From the NCBI GenBank assembly GCA_963757665.1, contig CAVWSY010000002.1, positions 476,797 through 540,796 of the forward strand: a stretch of 64,000 bases of DNA, in the 5' to 3' direction. The notes under the pieces are model-generated. The model was not told the origin of the DNA, searched no databases, and saw only the letters and a list, made by a program, of their open reading frames with translations. The stretch's first letter is position 1. Each line of letters starts with the position of its first letter. This document shows positions 63,708 through 64,000 of the stretch, one piece after another. The position numbers were made by a program, and so were the translations under genes. Source of the stretch: an uncultured Actinomycetota bacterium (GTDB lineage: Bacteria > Actinomycetota > Actinomycetes > Propionibacteriales > Nocardioidaceae).

Positions 63708-64000
63708 TCAGTCCTCGCCCTGGTAGAGGTCTGGGTCGACGAAGGGAACCACCACGACGGGGACTCGCGAGTACTTGGCGCAATGAGTGCTGGTCGATCC
63801 CACCACGACGCGTTTGAGAGCCCCCTTGTGCTCGGTGCCGACGACCAGCAGGCTCGCGTCAGCAGACAACTCCACCAGCGCCTGACCGGGTCGTCCGCGG
63901 ACGACCTTGCGCTCGATCGTGGGTGCGTCCTCCACCGCCTGCAGGGCGAGTTGCATCGTCTTGTCCTGGACCGTGGTCGCGGACTTCACGAGGGCAGCGC
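63708..64000 (-). CDS. universal stress protein (UspA family), 5' end beyond the window
   Basis: C-terminal USP block LLVVGTEHKGALKRVVVGSTSTHCAKYSRVPVVVVP. The frame stays open to base 64000. Confidence 0.8.
   Translation of the reverse strand, partial: AALVKSATTVQDKTMQLALQAVEDAPTIERKVVRGRPGQALVELSADASLLVVGTEHKGALKRVVVGSTSTHCAKYSRVPVVVVPFVDPDLYQGED

Noticed and set aside
1-64000. Search for tRNA, rRNA, tmRNA and riboswitch-like sequences.
   Set aside because: I saw no T-loop-type GGTTCGA(A/G)TCC contexts with matching acceptor stems. There are no rRNA-like stretches and no recognisable riboswitch cores in the larger intergenic regions. Absence is judged by eye only.

Overview
A ~70% GC chromosomal segment from an Actinomycetota genome. 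Gene content resembles Nocardioides-type soil actinobacteria, but the taxon cannot be fixed from this window. I support about 65 protein-coding genes or gene relics. I found no rRNA, tRNA or CRISPR array.

**1-37 kb: ordinary but accessory-flavoured chromosome**
- MFS transporter.
- Rieske-ThDP fusion enzyme next to a flavodoxin-like reductase.
- ECF sigma / zinc anti-sigma pair.
- Decayed CPA2 antiporter.
- First LAL-type (AAA+LuxR) regulator.
- Small redox and hydrolase genes.
- Convergent six-gene envelope-glycan tailoring locus: GT-C transferase, flippase, GT2, sulfotransferase, WecE-like aminotransferase, methyltransferase.
- YceI/MarR pair.
- LysR-catB-catA-catC catechol ortho-cleavage cluster.
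- DUF389 protein.
- NarL-type two-component system.

**37-54 kb: a mosaic bracketed by relics of two different IS1380-family elements**
- Doubly disrupted metallophosphoesterase.
- Two homologous ~290-bp decayed segments carrying LuxR-HTH remains.
- Orphan MASE1 histidine kinase.
- Second LAL regulator with a BBE-like FAD oxidase.
- PAP2 phosphatase.
- A junkyard of gene fragments.

**54-64 kb**
- Tightly coupled six-ORF operon (DUF2867, CPBP protease, thioesterase, NDH-2, methyltransferase stub, GNAT) opposite a TetR gene.
- Frameshifted serine recombinase.
- TetR-ABC export module.
- Second, frameshifted PAP2 paralogue.
- Partial universal stress protein gene at the window edge.

**Main observations**
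- At least eight genes carry in-frame stops or frameshifts. This is either real decay or assembly error.
- The best candidates for an undescribed system are the sulfotransferase-containing glycan locus and the TetR-controlled DUF2867-CPBP-NDH2 operon. Neither has a function that can be proven from sequence alone.
- Every family assignment comes from motif and pattern recognition by eye. No database search was run.
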